Counted from the first letter of the stretch, positions 28,050 through 43,095 are shown. The stretch is 64,000 nt of DNA from Camelus dromedarius (GCF_036321535.1 NC_087437.1:117864001-117928000); one strand, 5' to 3'. Numbers and translations: made by a program. The notes: a model not told the origin generated them from the sequence alone.

Positions 28050-29470
28050 TCATCAAGTATCAACAGATTTTATTATAAATCTAATTATCAGTATGTGAAG
28101 AATCCTATCTAGTGCAAAGAGAGAACAGGAAATAGAGAGTAAATTAAAAATATAAAATAATTTGACTAAAATAATTTCTGATATAAAATTAATTCAAATA
28201 AACATACATGTTAAACATGTATCAAAAGTCACACACACACATTGGATTAAAAACTGAGTTCAAGCAACATCATAAAATAAAAGGCTACAGAAAAGCAGGA
28301 GTTGAAAAAAAAATGGGAAAAGATCTACCAGGCACAAAGGAGAGTAATTTTTAAACCATATAATAGATAATACAAGGCAAAAAATACCAGAGGTCATAGC
28401 AGAAAATAGATAAATCAATTGTCTTTGGTAATATTAACACCCACTCTGATAAATAATCAATTTATCAGAGGACTAAAAAATCAGCAAAGCTAGAGATGAG
28501 ATATAATATAATTATTAAATTTAATCTGACACATACAAATTTATACCCAACAAATATAAGAAAAAACAGATATTCACTAAATAGATGAAACATTCATAAA
28601 GAAAGCTTCAATTCAATTTACAGACTAAAATGATCTCTGACCACACCACCATGATCTCTTGATACACGGAGAAGAGTGGGAAGTATGGGTCACTCACTAG
28701 ATGATATTAAGGGAACTGACTCAATAGACAAAGAAGACGCTGGGCACTCACTTCTACTGTGTCTACAGTCCTCAATGTGCACCGAAGACCTACACGTAGG
28801 TGGTGGAATATAAACATAGAGCAAAAACACGAAAAAATGTAGGAACGTATCTTCCATGAGCTCAGAGACTTCTTAAACATGATCCCAATGAAGACCATCA
28901 AAGATAAAGAGTCAAAAGACAGAGCTGGAAAATATATCGACAACCATTTCTAAGTAACAAGAGTTTCTTATTTACATTAAAGAACTATAGCCAAGCTGGG
29001 AGAAGTAGCAGGAAGACAGATATAAAACGGGCAAAGGAAATGCACAGATGGGACACCAAATAGCTAAAAAGAATATGAAGAGATGCCCAGCCTCAGTCGT
29101 GATGGAAGAAGTAACAAATTAAGACACTGCATCCATTATATTTGTTAGTGAGCCCAGAAGAATGTCTCAACAGTGGGGACTTGGGTTACAACAAACGAAT
29201 CTTGGTGTCAGGACGGAGGTGATGCTCTCATTTCCCTCTTTAAGACATTCAAAAATTCCTAGAGGGCTGTGTTTCTTTGAGAGTAGACAGATGCATCAAT
29301 GTATCCTTATAGAGGAAACTAGTTTCTGAGTTTGTTGTACGACGCAGTTGAAGGAACGAGGATGTTAAAGAATGTGAGGGAATAAAGTATGAACTTGTTG
29401 TGTATCTATTTTATATGTATTAGTTAGTATCTGCAAACTATAGTTCAATAAAAATATATATTTAAGAGTT
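28050..29470 (+). mobile_element. Highly decayed L1M fragments
   Basis: A-rich on the plus strand, with remnants such as ctctgaccacacc, gggcaaaggaaatgcacaga and tatgaagagatgc, ending caataaaaa. Confidence 0.55.
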
Positions 29471-30994
29471 TCTTTAAAAAAAAGACAGCGAGGCAGGAAG
29501 GCAGTGGCTCACTGCTGTCCCCAACTGGTGGCTTCTGTGGAGAAGGGGGAGAATTCCTTGGAGCTGCCCTGGAGGGAACAAGGGGACCAGAAAGAAAGGG
29601 GAGACTACAGAAGACAACGTGCATCCAACAGGAGGAAGACATGTCTGATAGCCACGGCCAAAATCTGAGCACAGCTGAGGGGCAAGCTGTGGATCACACA
29701 GGAAGCTGGTCTAGATGAACTCCAACTTCAGGTGTGTTGCTAAAGTTCTATCCTTGTGTCATCTATTTGCACATTGGTAGGCATATATTAGATATACTTA
29801 TCTATGTCTATCTACATATGAATATAATACACATAAATATTATACATGATTTTAACACACGCAAATACTTCATGTGTGAATGTAATATCTTCCTATTTAT
29901 AAATAAGTATAATACACATGGATATTATTTATGTCATATTGTGCATGTGCATAAACTATACAATTCTGTTGAATTTATATATTTTTACAAATTACTTTTG
30001 TTCGTACCAATCCATATTGAATGATTTTGGGTAATTGAGAGTTATTTTTTCCTGATTTAAAATATCATCAGAGAACTCTCACTTAGCTACCAAAGTTCTT
30101 CCTGCGTGTGTGCATATCTGCACAGAGACTGATTATGAGTGAGGCACTGAAAGTGTGAGGAATCTTCTTGCCGTTTTTTCCTTCCTTTTTCCTCTACTTA
30201 ATTCTCTCCTCCTTTAAGTCTCCATGTTTAACAAGCATAATAAATACTGCAAAACACTGTTTCTCCTACAATTTTAATTTTAACCGAGTAAAAATTTGCA
30301 TTCTTTGACTTCAGAACAAACCCAATACCTCATCTCTTTCTTTTCCTCTACTTGGAGGAAAGCAATTTGAGATATTATTTCTTAAAAAATGTAATACAGT
30401 GTTTCCTTAAAGAAAGGTACCAGTCTCATTTTCCAGAATGGAAGAAAAATTACAAAGCAATCTACCTCCAACACAAATCTGTCTGAAGTAAGCACTCAGG
30501 CTGAGTCTCCAGCTCAATTTTGACATCTTAACCAAAGTAAAGAACTCTTCCGTGGAGGTCTGAGAGAATGAATCCTCAGGTCAGGCGAGTAAACGCGGCC
30601 ATTTAAGCACATCTCAATGTGAGTGCTTCTCTGGTAGTTTGGAAAGGAGGGATAGTGAAAACTCCCTACTTGATCAGCCTTCTTCTGTCACATTAGGGTG
30701 TTAAACTAGCAAAGAGAACGTAAATTTGAAATCATAAATGACCACAAAAATGTTACACATTTCTTGTATTCCCTTTATATTCCCTCAGCAGATCTATTAT
30801 CTTCTGTTATTCATAATACAAGCTATACATTCCCTAAGTAGTTGTTGAAAATCGACATAAAAGTTATGCCAATGACTAAAATTTTGGTCACAGAAGACCC
30901 TAGCAAATAGGACCCTAAATTAAACATTGCTCAACTTTAACAACGCACCTAAAAGAGAAAAATAACCTGGAAATGTTATGTTTTCTATAAACAG

Positions 30995-31530
30995 TATCGC
31001 AAACAACTCCAGTAGCTGGAGAGAGGAGAGTGTGAGAAAGCGAAAGCGGTGAATTCGGACTCCCCACTCCCGGCGGAGCTGGGTTTAGTACCGGCTGGGA
31101 GCGGACGGTGCTCTGGTTGGAACAGCACATGAGAAGACGTCGGAAAGCGGGAGTGGGTGACACGGCCAAGGTGGTTTCCGCGCACAGAGCTGTAGCTCTG
31201 CCTGGGCCAAATGCCATTAGCTGTCAGGGGCCCTTGAAGAATGATGTCATTAGAAGACCTCACTCCTGGCTGCTCACTTAGAGATGGAGACATTCTCAGC
31301 AGCATTTTTAACACAGCGTCCACTCCTCCAACGGCACCAGCGCGGCCTGCCAGACTGCTGCGATGCCAGTCAGGTGAAATGCAGCCTATGGTCCGAAGCA
31401 GGAACTTCGTGCCAAATCGTGCAGCAGAGGGTCTCCGCTAGGCTGCGGAACACAAAGGGTCACCGCCGTAAGGGTCGGAAACGCTGTCGACGACGCCTAA
31501 TTCTTCAACCAGTTTGAAGCAGGACACGAT
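30995..31530. promoter_or_regulatory. Intronic CpG island-like segment (intron 8)
   Basis: About 33 CpGs counted in ~535 bp, GC-rich, against a CpG-poor AT-rich background. No repeat family recognised. Confidence 0.55.
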
Positions 31531-32792
31531 AAAAATCTGTCTCAGATTAGAACTGGAAAAGTGCTACAAATATGAGCACTGAAATGAGACATGGAAGAGT
31601 GAGTTCTGTGATTGCTTTTGCTGCATTTCTAACATCATCATCTCCTCTCATTATTGGCAAACGTTAATTTTAAAAACTCACAAAATACAACTCTGAAAGT
31701 TAGGTGCTTCTTAGACTACAACTGCACCCATCTCTCTCTGCTAATTTTAGCCCACTCCCCAAATCCATACTTCAAAGTTCCTCTGGTCTGAATCCAGAAT
31801 GGTGGTCCACAGACACTTGATAACCAAACTCTACCCTTCTTAAGACTCTCCCAAGCCTCTCATATTTTAGGTTCCCTCTCTTGGCCTTTCCATCAACCAG
31901 ATTACAACTTCTGGAGTCATCTTTGGTTCTTAACCACCCTCACTCACCAAATCCATTCCCTCCTCTTAATCTCTTCAATTTAACTAATGCTCTCTCTCTC
32001 TCTTAAAATAGGTGCTCAATATTTCATGCCCTTATTTCTAAAATAGTCTCAGGTCAAGAAACTTGACTTTTTAAATAGTGTTCTTCCTAGGCTTTTGGAC
32101 TTAATTTCTTCTCACTTCAATCCTGGCTTCCCACTGCCATGTAGCTTACTTTTCAAAAACACACCACAGGGTAGTACTGAATGCAAGGATGTGTGTTTGA
32201 GTCTTGAATACATCACTAGACAACCCTGAGCAAGTCTCCTGCTCACTCTTACTCTGTTTCTCTGATGATGTTTATCTACATGACAGAGTCACTGTGAGTA
32301 TTAATTAAGGTGACACATATGAAAGTGTTTTGTAAACGACGAAGTTTTATATAAATATAAATATAAGGTGACATTTTTATCTAGTAGCCAATTAACTTTC
32401 TTGGCAGTGTTGGTCCCTAGCAATTAGAACACTCAATTAGGCTACTGTTCAAGTTCAATGTGGTGCCTAAAATGAGGCAGGGAAAGCTGTGAAATGTGTT
32501 AAATATAACACTGCCTGTTAAACTGAAATGAAGTGAAAGAAGGGATTCTGACTTTTATTTCTCCCTACAAGTTTGAAGGCAGCACAATTGTCTTCTGATT
32601 AATATATTTTTGAACTGCTGAAGTTTCCGGCATTATCAATGATTAACGTGTCATTTACATCAATCTTTGAGGGTTTTTTTTCCAAATTTCCCAAGTCATA
32701 TGCTACAAAATAAATGAAGGGGACAAAAAAGCAAAAAAGACATGACAGAAAAATAGTATTGTTTCCAAATGTCAGCCAAACACCGCTCCCCT

Positions 32793-32793
<1 letters not shown>

Positions 32794-32836
<43 letters not shown>
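32794..32836. repeat. (CA)~21 microsatellite
   Basis: Read directly from the sequence. Confidence 0.95.
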
Positions 32837-32837
<1 letters not shown>

Positions 32838-33789
32838 ACTCTATTCAGGTTAAAAGAAGAACTTCCAGGAAACAAGATAAAAATGGCTGGTTTCACAGTT
32901 TGCAGCATTATTCATGGGAAAAAGTGGGACCATTTCCAATGAACTTTTGAGGTATCATATTTGCTCCTCTATAATTATCTGAATAAAATATTCACTGTGT
33001 ATTCTACCAGCAAAGGTAATGGAGTTGTATTTATATGCATAAAATAAGAAAGACTGTCTTCTGATCCTGATCCACAGAGAGTCAAAAAATCTGTCTTTTC
33101 CTGTAATTCAGTTGATTTCTTATCTCTCCCTTTATCATAATACTTATCATAATTGAAAACAGCAAAGGTTATTAATTTTTTAAAAGCTTTGATGGACTGT
33201 ACTCCTAACCACTAGAGTATGATTTAATTTACATGTTTTATTTCAAAACATTTTAAAATTCAAATTGAAGTGTTCAGAAGTTAATTTGGTTACAACCTTT
33301 CTTGTGACATCTGAGGAAAGGCTAATATTATTAATGGTGTATAATTGTTACTATATATTGAAAGTTAGAAGTCATCTTAAGCAAGAAATGCAAGTGGTAT
33401 CTTAAATCAAATTACTCTGAGTAATTTTGCTAGAGTGCAGTGCATGTGAATCTGATTAGCAAAAAAGCATGCCCTAGGCTGACATACAGGAATCCAGAAC
33501 TTACTATTCTTCACCTGGGAAGCCCCACGCAGCAGGCCCCTCCCCAGCCTTCCCTATCCATGGTCGTACTTGGCTTCCATTGTCTAACACAGTTCTTTTT
33601 ACCTCTGAGGTTGGTTTCCTGTTGGAGAGAATTCTTCATCATTGGGTGGGACTTACTTTCTGAGGTGCTGGGCTGCTCGGGGGCCTTCTTTATGGGGCAT
33701 ATTTTAATAAATATAGTGAATTCACAAACTAGAGTCACTGTCAGTCCTGTTCATACTTTAATTCACTGTCTTAAGACAACCTGAAATGT

Positions 33790-34313
33790 CTGTTGTCTTC
33801 AATTTCCCCCCCCCCTTCTTCTGATAACCGCGTCTTCTCCCTGGTTTGGGGGTGCAGGTGGAGGCAGGCAGCCGATCCAGGCACCTGCTGTCCTGGCCAC
33901 TGTGACTGGAGCAGCAGTGGGCTGTGGCTGAGTGAGCTGACCCAAGTCCCTCCCTAGGCTCTTCCTAAGCAGAATGGCTGGGGAAGGGCTCTTTTCTTTA
34001 CTGTAGCTCGTGGGCATGTGAGTCCAGAGATGTCTAGGGCCAGTCTTCCTGCCACCTGGAGAAACTGCTCTGAGGGAAGTAAGCCAATGTTAAGAGGGAA
34101 GTGCCAAAAAGAGACGAAGGAAGGTTCAAATGGCAACTGAGAGCCTAGATCAGCCTCCTTGACTCCTACACGCTCCATGTCCGCCCCTCTCAAAGTCTGG
34201 CTCAATATGTCAGTCTCCATCCCTACCTCCCCCAACACACTGTTGTAATTGCTGTTAAATTAGTTTGATTTGGGTTCCTGCACTTTGAAATCAATAGGAT
34301 AATGTTTAATAAT
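33790..34313 (+). mobile_element. Old MaLR LTR (MLT1-like)
   Basis: 3' end ttaaattagtttgatttgggttcctgcactttgaaatc...taata matches the MLT1 terminal pattern. Confidence 0.55.
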
Positions 34314-34499
34314 AAATTGATTCATTCTAATCTAGGAAATTTAAAAAGAGACAAATTTAAATTTCAAACAGTCCTTATTTGAATGTTTGTCAGACTTTAC
34401 CTTCAGATTTTTAGTGAATAGGTTTTACCGTGAATCTGACTAAGGGATTGGTATGTCTGTATGAAGTTAAACCCTGCAGTGAGGCACGCAGAGTCCCCT

Positions 34500-35410
34500 G
34501 ATGGTCACACCTAGTCGCCGGCTTTACACATCGTCTATTCACAGATGTCTCCAAATCCACAGCTTGGATTCCTAAACTCCACCCTCACATATACAGATAA
34601 TTTCCTACTTTATGGGCCCACCTGTTTGTCTAATGTGTGTTTTAACCTCAACACATCAAAAACCAGAGTCCTAATTTCTTCCCTCAAACTCCTCCATTGC
34701 ATCTTTTGCCAAATCGTGGATGACAGCGCTGTTCTTCTCTTGCTCAGACCAGAATTTTGCAGTTGTCTTTCCATCTTTATTCCTCTGACAACCACATCCA
34801 ATCCATTAGGAAATGCTGCTGATTAGATCTTAAAAATAGACCCAGAGTTTGTCTTGCACCGGTGACCTCTACTGCTACTCCCTGCTCCAGGCGCCCTCCC
34901 TCTCACCTGGATCAGCTCTCTGACAGGCTCCTCTGCTTGTCCCTTTGGCCCAGTCTCAGCACAGGAGTCAGAAGCATTCTTCTAAAACCTAAGTCAGGCC
35001 ATATGACATCTCTGTTTAAAATCATCTGATAAATGTCCTCATCTTATTCAGAAGACAGACTCAAGTCCTCTTAACCCAACCCCTGGTGTACCAGGCCCTC
35101 CATGAAACAGCCTTGCTAATTCTGACCTCCTCTCCTATTAATTTCCCCCTTGTCCACTCTGCTCAGGCCACACGACCCTCTCGGCTGTTCCTCAAGTTTG
35201 CCAGGCACACTCCTGTTTTTGTTCTGTCTGTTCTCTTTGATAAGAATGTGTTTCCCCCAGGTATCTGCTTGGTATCTTGCACACCTCCATGTCATTGCTC
35301 AAATCTCACCTCCTCAGAGAACCCTTCCCTGACCCCCCTGTTAAATACTGCAAATCCTAAATCCCAACAACTGCCCTGGCTCACCATCAGCCACTTCTCA
35401 CCAGTCACCT
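34500..35410 (+). mobile_element. L2 LINE fragment
   Basis: aacctcaacacatcaaaaaccaga, cacatccaatccattag, ctgttcctcaag...ccaggcacactcct, ctcaaatctcacctcctcagaga. Confidence 0.75.
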
Positions 35411-35414
35411 ACAA

Positions 35415-36022
35415 TGAAATACTGCACAAAATAACATTGTCCACACAAGACAGGAGGGAAGGGGCAGGGGCAGCCATTAAAAGAGCGACGCAGCAGTTAG
35501 TATCACGATGACGGCAGATTCGACTCCCAGTAGAACTGGTGCTTCAATACGCGCTCATTGAAATGCAACAGCTGCTAAATGGCAGCCCCACGGGCGCCAC
35601 GGCAGCTTCAAGGCTGACCACAGAAGGTCAGAAAGTGGGCAGTGGCCCAGTTCCTGGGAATCCCAGCCCCATCCCGAGGTAGCTGGAACAATCCTCCCGC
35701 TTGTTAGCACATGAAGCTACTGAGCCCATAAGAACTAACAGTGCTGCACCTCGTGGCCTTTTCTCTTGCCTTTGCGAAGTGTGTGTTCGCTTTTGCTCTA
35801 ACCACCCCCCCAGCTTGTGAACTCTCTGGGCTTCTGAGAAGACCTACACTTGCTCTGTGGAGTGTGCATCTCTCTGAGTAAGTCTCCCTTCACCCAACTA
35901 CGGCTCGCTCTTGAATTCTGTCCTGTGAGAAGCCGAGGACCCTCACCTGGTGGGACACGTCCCTGGGACTCCCCTGCGCCTGGGACAGGGCTGTCCTCTC
36001 ATGCCCCATTTTTCCTGTACCC
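35415..36022 (+). mobile_element. ERV1 solo LTR, MER41-like (laurasiatherian type)
   Basis: aaagtgggcagtggcccagttcctgggaatcccagcccc...agctggaacaatcctccc...ggctcgctcttgaattc...; CpG-retaining, interrupts an L2. Family recognised from memory. Confidence 0.65.
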
Positions 36023-36504
36023 TCCTTTTGTTTGGCAGTCCTTGCAAAGAAGCTGAAAGTGTCTATATTATGTAACATATGCTAAAATAAAGGAAACTCC
36101 TGAAAATAAAACATTTGATTAAATTGTTTCCTAAAATCATAGATACACTGGTTACAAGAGCCAATAAATTCTCCTTTGCAGCACATGCCAGTTTGAGGTG
36201 GTATCTTTCACTTACAGTCAAAAGACTTGAGACTAATACACTGATGGATGCTGGTCTGGAAACTTTAAGAATAAAAGATTTGAGTGGCTGTTGTTTGAAT
36301 TTATGTCTCTTAGAAAACTGGCATTGAACTACTTATATTCATTTATTCAGTGGCCATATTTCTGGCAACTTTTTCCTGAAAGAAATAATATTAAAACTAG
36401 ATAAAGCTAATGCATAAAGCAGTTCATTTGATACATCATTTATCACGGTTAAACATGAGAAATTAAATAGTTAGCACTTAAACAGACATTTTCAAAATGC
36501 AGAT

Positions 36505-37460
36505 TGCAGACCCCAGGGCATCACAGAGACTCTTTTAGGGGGTTTACAAGAAGACGATGATTTTCATTGTGATACCGACACAATTTGCCTTTCTCGTGTT
36601 GACATCTGCATAGATGTGCAAAAGTGAGTAAGACTGCTGAGGTCTTAGCACAGATCTCGGCAGTGACCCCAAGTGTACCAGCAGGCATTCTACTGTTACC
36701 ATCACATACTCCCAATCTTGTTTTTTTTTAAACCAGTTTCATGTAAGAACACTTGATGAATCAGTAAAAAAAAATGACTATTTCAATAAACCTTAACCCT
36801 TAAGTTAAAGTCATTTCTAATGTTCTATGATCTGTGTAATAAAATGCAAAGAATGCACAAAGCACCGTGCTGCTTACTGGATAGAGGGGTGACCTGAAGC
36901 AACGTATTTATGCACTGGCTTGTGTTACAAGCTCAACTAGCTACTTTTTTTCCATGGAATTCTAATTTTTCTTCAAAGAATGGATACTTATAAATTATAG
37001 TTAGTCAGGCTCGTGTAATTGGCAGATGTTTTTGTGGAAAAGAAATAAATGAGCACATCACTCTTAAAACTGATCACAGCAGATCGTGTCTGTTGCAGAT
37101 AATGATATTCAAACTTCCAAGCAAAAAAAGAAAAAGAATAGATCTTTGGAAAACATGTATCTGCCACCATGAGCTTGACAGCTTCCCAACAGTTAAAGGT
37201 TTTTTTTGATGAGATCATGGTGATATTTTGATATTGTATAATGAATTGTGTCAACATTTCGAAGACTTGTACAATTCAGTGAATCAATAATTTCCAAATG
37301 ATCAACTTGTTGATCATGTTACAAAACTATGTGTGGGTAAAACATTCATTCAAAGGGCATGATGGATCAGTCGACTTTAAGATAGCGGAGTACCATAGCT
37401 TCACTGCTATGGCTTCTAGTTCTCAGCTGTAGCCAATCATTAAGGTGCTGCCATGTGGTC
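36505..37460 (+). mobile_element. hAT-Charlie (Charlie1-like) DNA transposon remnant
   Basis: tgttgacatctgca...gtgcaaaag...ttggcagatgtttt...catgagcttgacagcttccca...gtgtcaacatt...tttccaaatga; decayed transposase text. Confidence 0.75.
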
Positions 37461-38786
37461 ATTCTTTACATAGTACTGAATACTAGCAGGTATTTTATGG
37501 GTATTTACTCATTTTAGTTGTTTACTGTTCGTCTGTCCTGACTGGAAGGAGGGCTCCATGAGAGAAAGGACTTCGTCTATCTTTCCATCATTGTTTTCCT
37601 TAATGCCTACAGTAGTTTAGGGCACAGAGTAGATGTTCCATCCATCATGGTTAAAGAAATGAATACAATCACAAAATGAAGTTTTACGCAGCTATGACCA
37701 ATCTGGCTTACCAAGAACTTTTAATGATTTAAGAAAATTCTCAAGATATGTGGTTATTATAAAAAGATTCAAAACTATTTATGTGCAGGTATATCTAATA
37801 ATATAATACATAACACAAGTTATATAACACATACTACATGATATATCACATACTGTGTGTGTTGGAGGGGTGTAGTTACAGGTGTTCCTAAACAGGTGAG
37901 CTAACAGGGTTTGTGAGAAAAGATGGTTGGGGAAGACCATGGGAAACCCGTGCAACTTTGTAACCAGGATACTCAGAGACAATCACTGGCACTGAAACAG
38001 GTAACTGGGCAGCTCCGGCAGACAGCTTAGCGCGGCAGGAGGCTGCTTCTATGTGTTTTTGATACTGTTTCATCACACATTAGAGCTACTTCTATGACCC
38101 GCTTCGTGCAATTATTTACATAATTGAAAATTTCCATTTTACGTTCAGTTGAGGAAACTGAATTGGGGAGTGGAAGAAATGGGTCCCCCCAAGGGTCTAC
38201 CACTACAGGCTGTGTGTCCCTGGGTGGGTCTTGTCACTATTGGGCTTTACTGACGAGGAGGTTGGAGTTGAGGTGCATGAGCTCCAAAACTCATCCTGAT
38301 GGTTCGAGTCCACGACTGTCTGCGGCATGATGCCATGACATGAAGTATAATCTAAAAGCCAGGAAACTTTTCTCTGAGGACCTTTAGTCAAGTAACTCCT
38401 ATGGTGTTGCTTTGACCTGCTCATCTACTTTGTCTGAAGTCTTTATCCATCTTAAAATCTCCTCCAGGTGGATTCTAAGAATTCACTTTTAGGAGTTCTT
38501 AGGAAAACAAAGAAAGCTATTGCGCTTTAAAATGATCTGCCAGACAGCTAGATAACCAAGCCAATGACATGTTTCTTCTTCCTATGGTATGCTGAACAAC
38601 ACACAGCCTCTGGGAAACCAAGCCAAAAATTCACACGAAAAGAAGCCTGCATCAACCACAAGTCTTGTGAAGATGCATGAGCAGAGAGAACAGAGCATCT
38701 AACGATGTACTTTAACACGGCTCTCAACATGCAGGCCCTCAGGTTACTCCACTCCTCATCGCTGGTCTGGTGAAACGGGAGAGCTA

Positions 38787-39152
<366 letters not shown>

Positions 39153-39803
39153 TTACGTGTGGAAGTGGGCACACTTTCCCCTGAATTAAAAATGTCAATT
39201 ATTTTCATGTAAGGACGTCTTTTGCGATTAAATGCATTTTTTCTGCATTTGGCATTTTCTACTAAGAAGGTTTTTTTTTTTCCCTTCTAATTTCATTACA
39301 TTCAAATGAATTGAAGGAGTGTTAAATGCTTTAATGATCAACTACTTCTATTAAAACATTTTGAATTACAGGATAAAAGGCAATTTAGTCAATAAAAAGT
39401 AACTAGCTGTACTGAACGACCGTGCTCCTTTGGTGAAAACGCTGGCAGCAACTCAATTGTTTAGCTCTCTCTAGAAAATCGATTATGAGGATGGAGGTTA
39501 TGCCACGTTGCACTATGAATGTAAGTTAAATTCTACGTACATGAAGGTTTGCCATGAATGCAGTAGGACGGAGGAAGAGGAGGAAAGCATGCAGAGCATA
39601 AACCAGGGAAAGAAAGCTCTGGAGGACAAGTCTAAGAGAAAACAAGAGGCCGAGCTGACTGCAGAAACCGAGATGCCATCTCCAACAGTGACCCCACCAC
39701 TGCCACTCTGAGTGGGAAGGAGAGGGTCGGAAATGGGGAGGACAGTCACTTTGCTCCGGCATTCCAAGACTCGGCTCAGTGCATGCAGAAACCTTCTCCA
39801 CTA

Positions 39804-40187
<384 letters not shown>

Positions 40188-40959
40188 TTAAACGACTTCT
40201 AGGTACGTTTAATTAATGGTTAGGCGGTGGATGCAGGGATTCTCAAACGCGACTCAAAGGTCTGGTTTTACAGATGAAGCTAAGTCCCAATCAGAACAAA
40301 ATTTCCTTTTCAAAATAAGTGAACACCCCATTTGCAACCTTTAATGACTCTCTTGTGTATTTCCTGATTGTCATAACAAGAAGCAAGATAATGCAACTCA
40401 GATGTTCATGTTAAAACAATGTCATCTGCCACCAGGTTTATAACTCAAAACTGGTATGTTCCCAGCCAAAGTTATAAATGTGGAAGAAATCCACAGCCCC
40501 ACTGGTTACTTTAGCTTTCTAGTTCCCGCAAGTTAACTAGGCATGGCCTCCCAGGGAACTGTTTAGAGGAATAAAAGAAAGAGCTAAGAGACTGAGTATC
40601 TCATCTTTATCATTTTCTCATAAGAAATCACCTTTTATAGTTTTAATGGCAAGTCATAAACGTATGTGAATTTCCATGAAGGCTCTGAGGATGGGTAGAT
40701 GCTAAATAAGGTTTGACTTCCAGCATGTATTAAATATCTCCAAAAGTATCTCCTGAAGCATGGCCATATAATTTATCATCCATCCTGAAATACTTTTGAG
40801 AATAAAATGGATACCAGGAACAATAACGCTAGGAGAACACGCACAACCCAAGACTGTCCCAGGCAAACGCGGAGCTCAGTCTTAGGGGAGTTTCCATAGG
40901 AATTTCCAACATTTTCGACAAAGATCAAATTTTTATATTCCATTATTTTTCTATCATTC

Positions 40960-41080
40960 ATATATATATATATATATATATAAAATTTCCTCATACTGTC
41001 TGATAGTAATTACAAATGCATGTTTCTCTTATATATATATACATACATATGTATATGTGTGTGTGTGTATATATATATAC
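40960..41080. repeat. (TA)n / (TG)n low-complexity tracts
   Basis: (TA)~11 at 40961-40982 and a mixed TA/TG run at 41030-41080. Confidence 0.8.
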
Positions 41081-41887
41081 ATCTCCATTAAAAGAGATAC
41101 ATACACATTAGAGAAAAATGTATCAAAACTAATGGCCTAGCAGCCTCAGGCATATAAATCAACACTGTGACACGTTTTCCTAGGCGTTAAATGGGTCATT
41201 TTGACTTAACTGTGACCACATGCAGCAGGATTTCTGAGTCAGGTAATAAACCTTGCTGGAGGAGATATTAAAAACTTTGGAGCTAACTTTAACGGTTTAT
41301 CAGTGATGAAAGACGAAGATTAAGAGAGTTTTTTTAAGCTTTTAATTATAAAAGTTACGTACATTCATTGTTGAAAAATTTGAAAGTACAGGTAAGCAAA
41401 TGAAATGCAAAAAACAAAACTGAAGATGCCTCGCAGGCCTCATCATGGAAAGCTAAGTGTTGACGATTCCAAACACTCCTGAGGGGAGCAGCACCCATCG
41501 TCCCCAGACCTGAGGCCTGTTTCGGCAGCACTGAGCCAGGAGGCTTCCCTGCAGCTCTCTACCACCTTTTAATTCGCAAATCCCTGAACCTTAACTTCTT
41601 AATTCCACCTCTGCTTTGGGAGGCTGGAGAAGGCTTTCAAGCATGTTTGTTTTGTTTTTCCTCCCCAGAGGCATTCAGAAGTAGTGCCTATCAGGCCCCT
41701 TGGACTGCAAACACCTTTCCAATTGCTGGTGCTTCGGAGTGTTGAAGTTATTTTATTTGACCCTACAATTCAACATTTTTTTCCATGATGTGTTTAGCTG
41801 TAAATTCCTTTTCAGTGATTTTTACACTAAACACTAAAATCTCTAAGTCTTCTTTTAATATGTTTAGGAAAGCTTTCATCAGTTACT

Positions 41888-43095
41888 CTTTTTTTTAAAG
41901 ATAAAGTTTACCTACAGTGAAATGTATAGCTCTTCAATGTGCAAATACTGGGTTTTGTTAAACACATACACTTGTGTAACCTCCGAAATACCTGATGAGA
42001 AGCCATCCATCAACTGTACTGATGGCCTCCTTTAAGTAGTGTTTTCCTCCCCCAGAATGATAAGATGTTCCATTTATCCCTGGTTTTTAGCTCTGTTGCG
42101 CCTGCATGTGGTTTTCTGTGTATTTATTCTTTTTGGGGTTTGCGGGGGTTCTGAGATCTGCAACTTTATTTTATACACCAAATTTGGGGAAATTGTGGCC
42201 ATTGTATCTTTAAATATTTTTTCTCCCCCATTCTCTGTCTTCTATTTTGCTGAGCCTCTAATTATCTGCATGTCAGGACATCTGACAAATGTCCCATATG
42301 AATAAGGCTCTGTTCACCTTCTGTGCCATCTTCCTTCTCTCCGTGCTTCAAGTTGGAGACGTGATTTTAATGTCTTCAGTTTCATGGATGCTTTTTCCTT
42401 CCTTCTCCAGTCTTCCACTGAAGCCAATGCATTTTCACGTCTGCTGGCTCCTTTTAGTCCCCACTGCCCCGCTGGCCTTCCCGTCTGCTCACGCTTTACG
42501 CCCAGGTTCCTCTCTACGCTGTTGAGCAGACTTCAAGCAGCAGCTCTGAAAGCCTTGCTGGCTGGGTCCTTCCCAGGGTCTGTTCCTATTCTTCTTGGTC
42601 TCTGGTCACAGTAACCTATTTGTTTTTCATGCTTGGCTATTCTTATTGTAGACTTGGGTTCTCCTTCACATTTCTGCAGTTCATGTGTCAACCAAGTTTT
42701 TCAAGGAAGTTTATTTTCAGATTTTAGGATTCCCTACTGTTATTTCCTTCTTCCTGAAATCTCCACTCACCTCCCTCAGTTTGCAGGTAATCTGACAGCC
42801 CAGCCCTCTGTCCTTCTACACCTCAGTCCCACCAAAACTGCAGTTTTCTGCTTTTCTTTTTCTGTTTTAGATTCCCCACGCCCTCATCCCACCGGGACTG
42901 GAAACTCTCCTTAGGGGAAATGTGGTATCAGTGTAGAAATCACCTAATTTTCCCCCTTCTTTCAAGGATCAAATTCTTTCTGCCTGTTTGCTGGTGTCTC
43001 CCCAGTGTCTGCATACAAGTTTGCATTTCCCGAAGCTCATAATTTTCATCTTCTTGTAGGTTAGTCTGACACATGCTAATCTATCATCTCCAGAA
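41888..43095 (-). mobile_element. Old L1M/HAL1-like fragment (3' end joined to ORF1/5' region)
   Basis: poly-T followed by L1M terminus (tacagtgaaatgtatag..cacttgtgtaacc), then ORF1-like antisense text (accaaatttggggaaatt..gccatt..tctttaaatattttttct). Confidence 0.6.
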
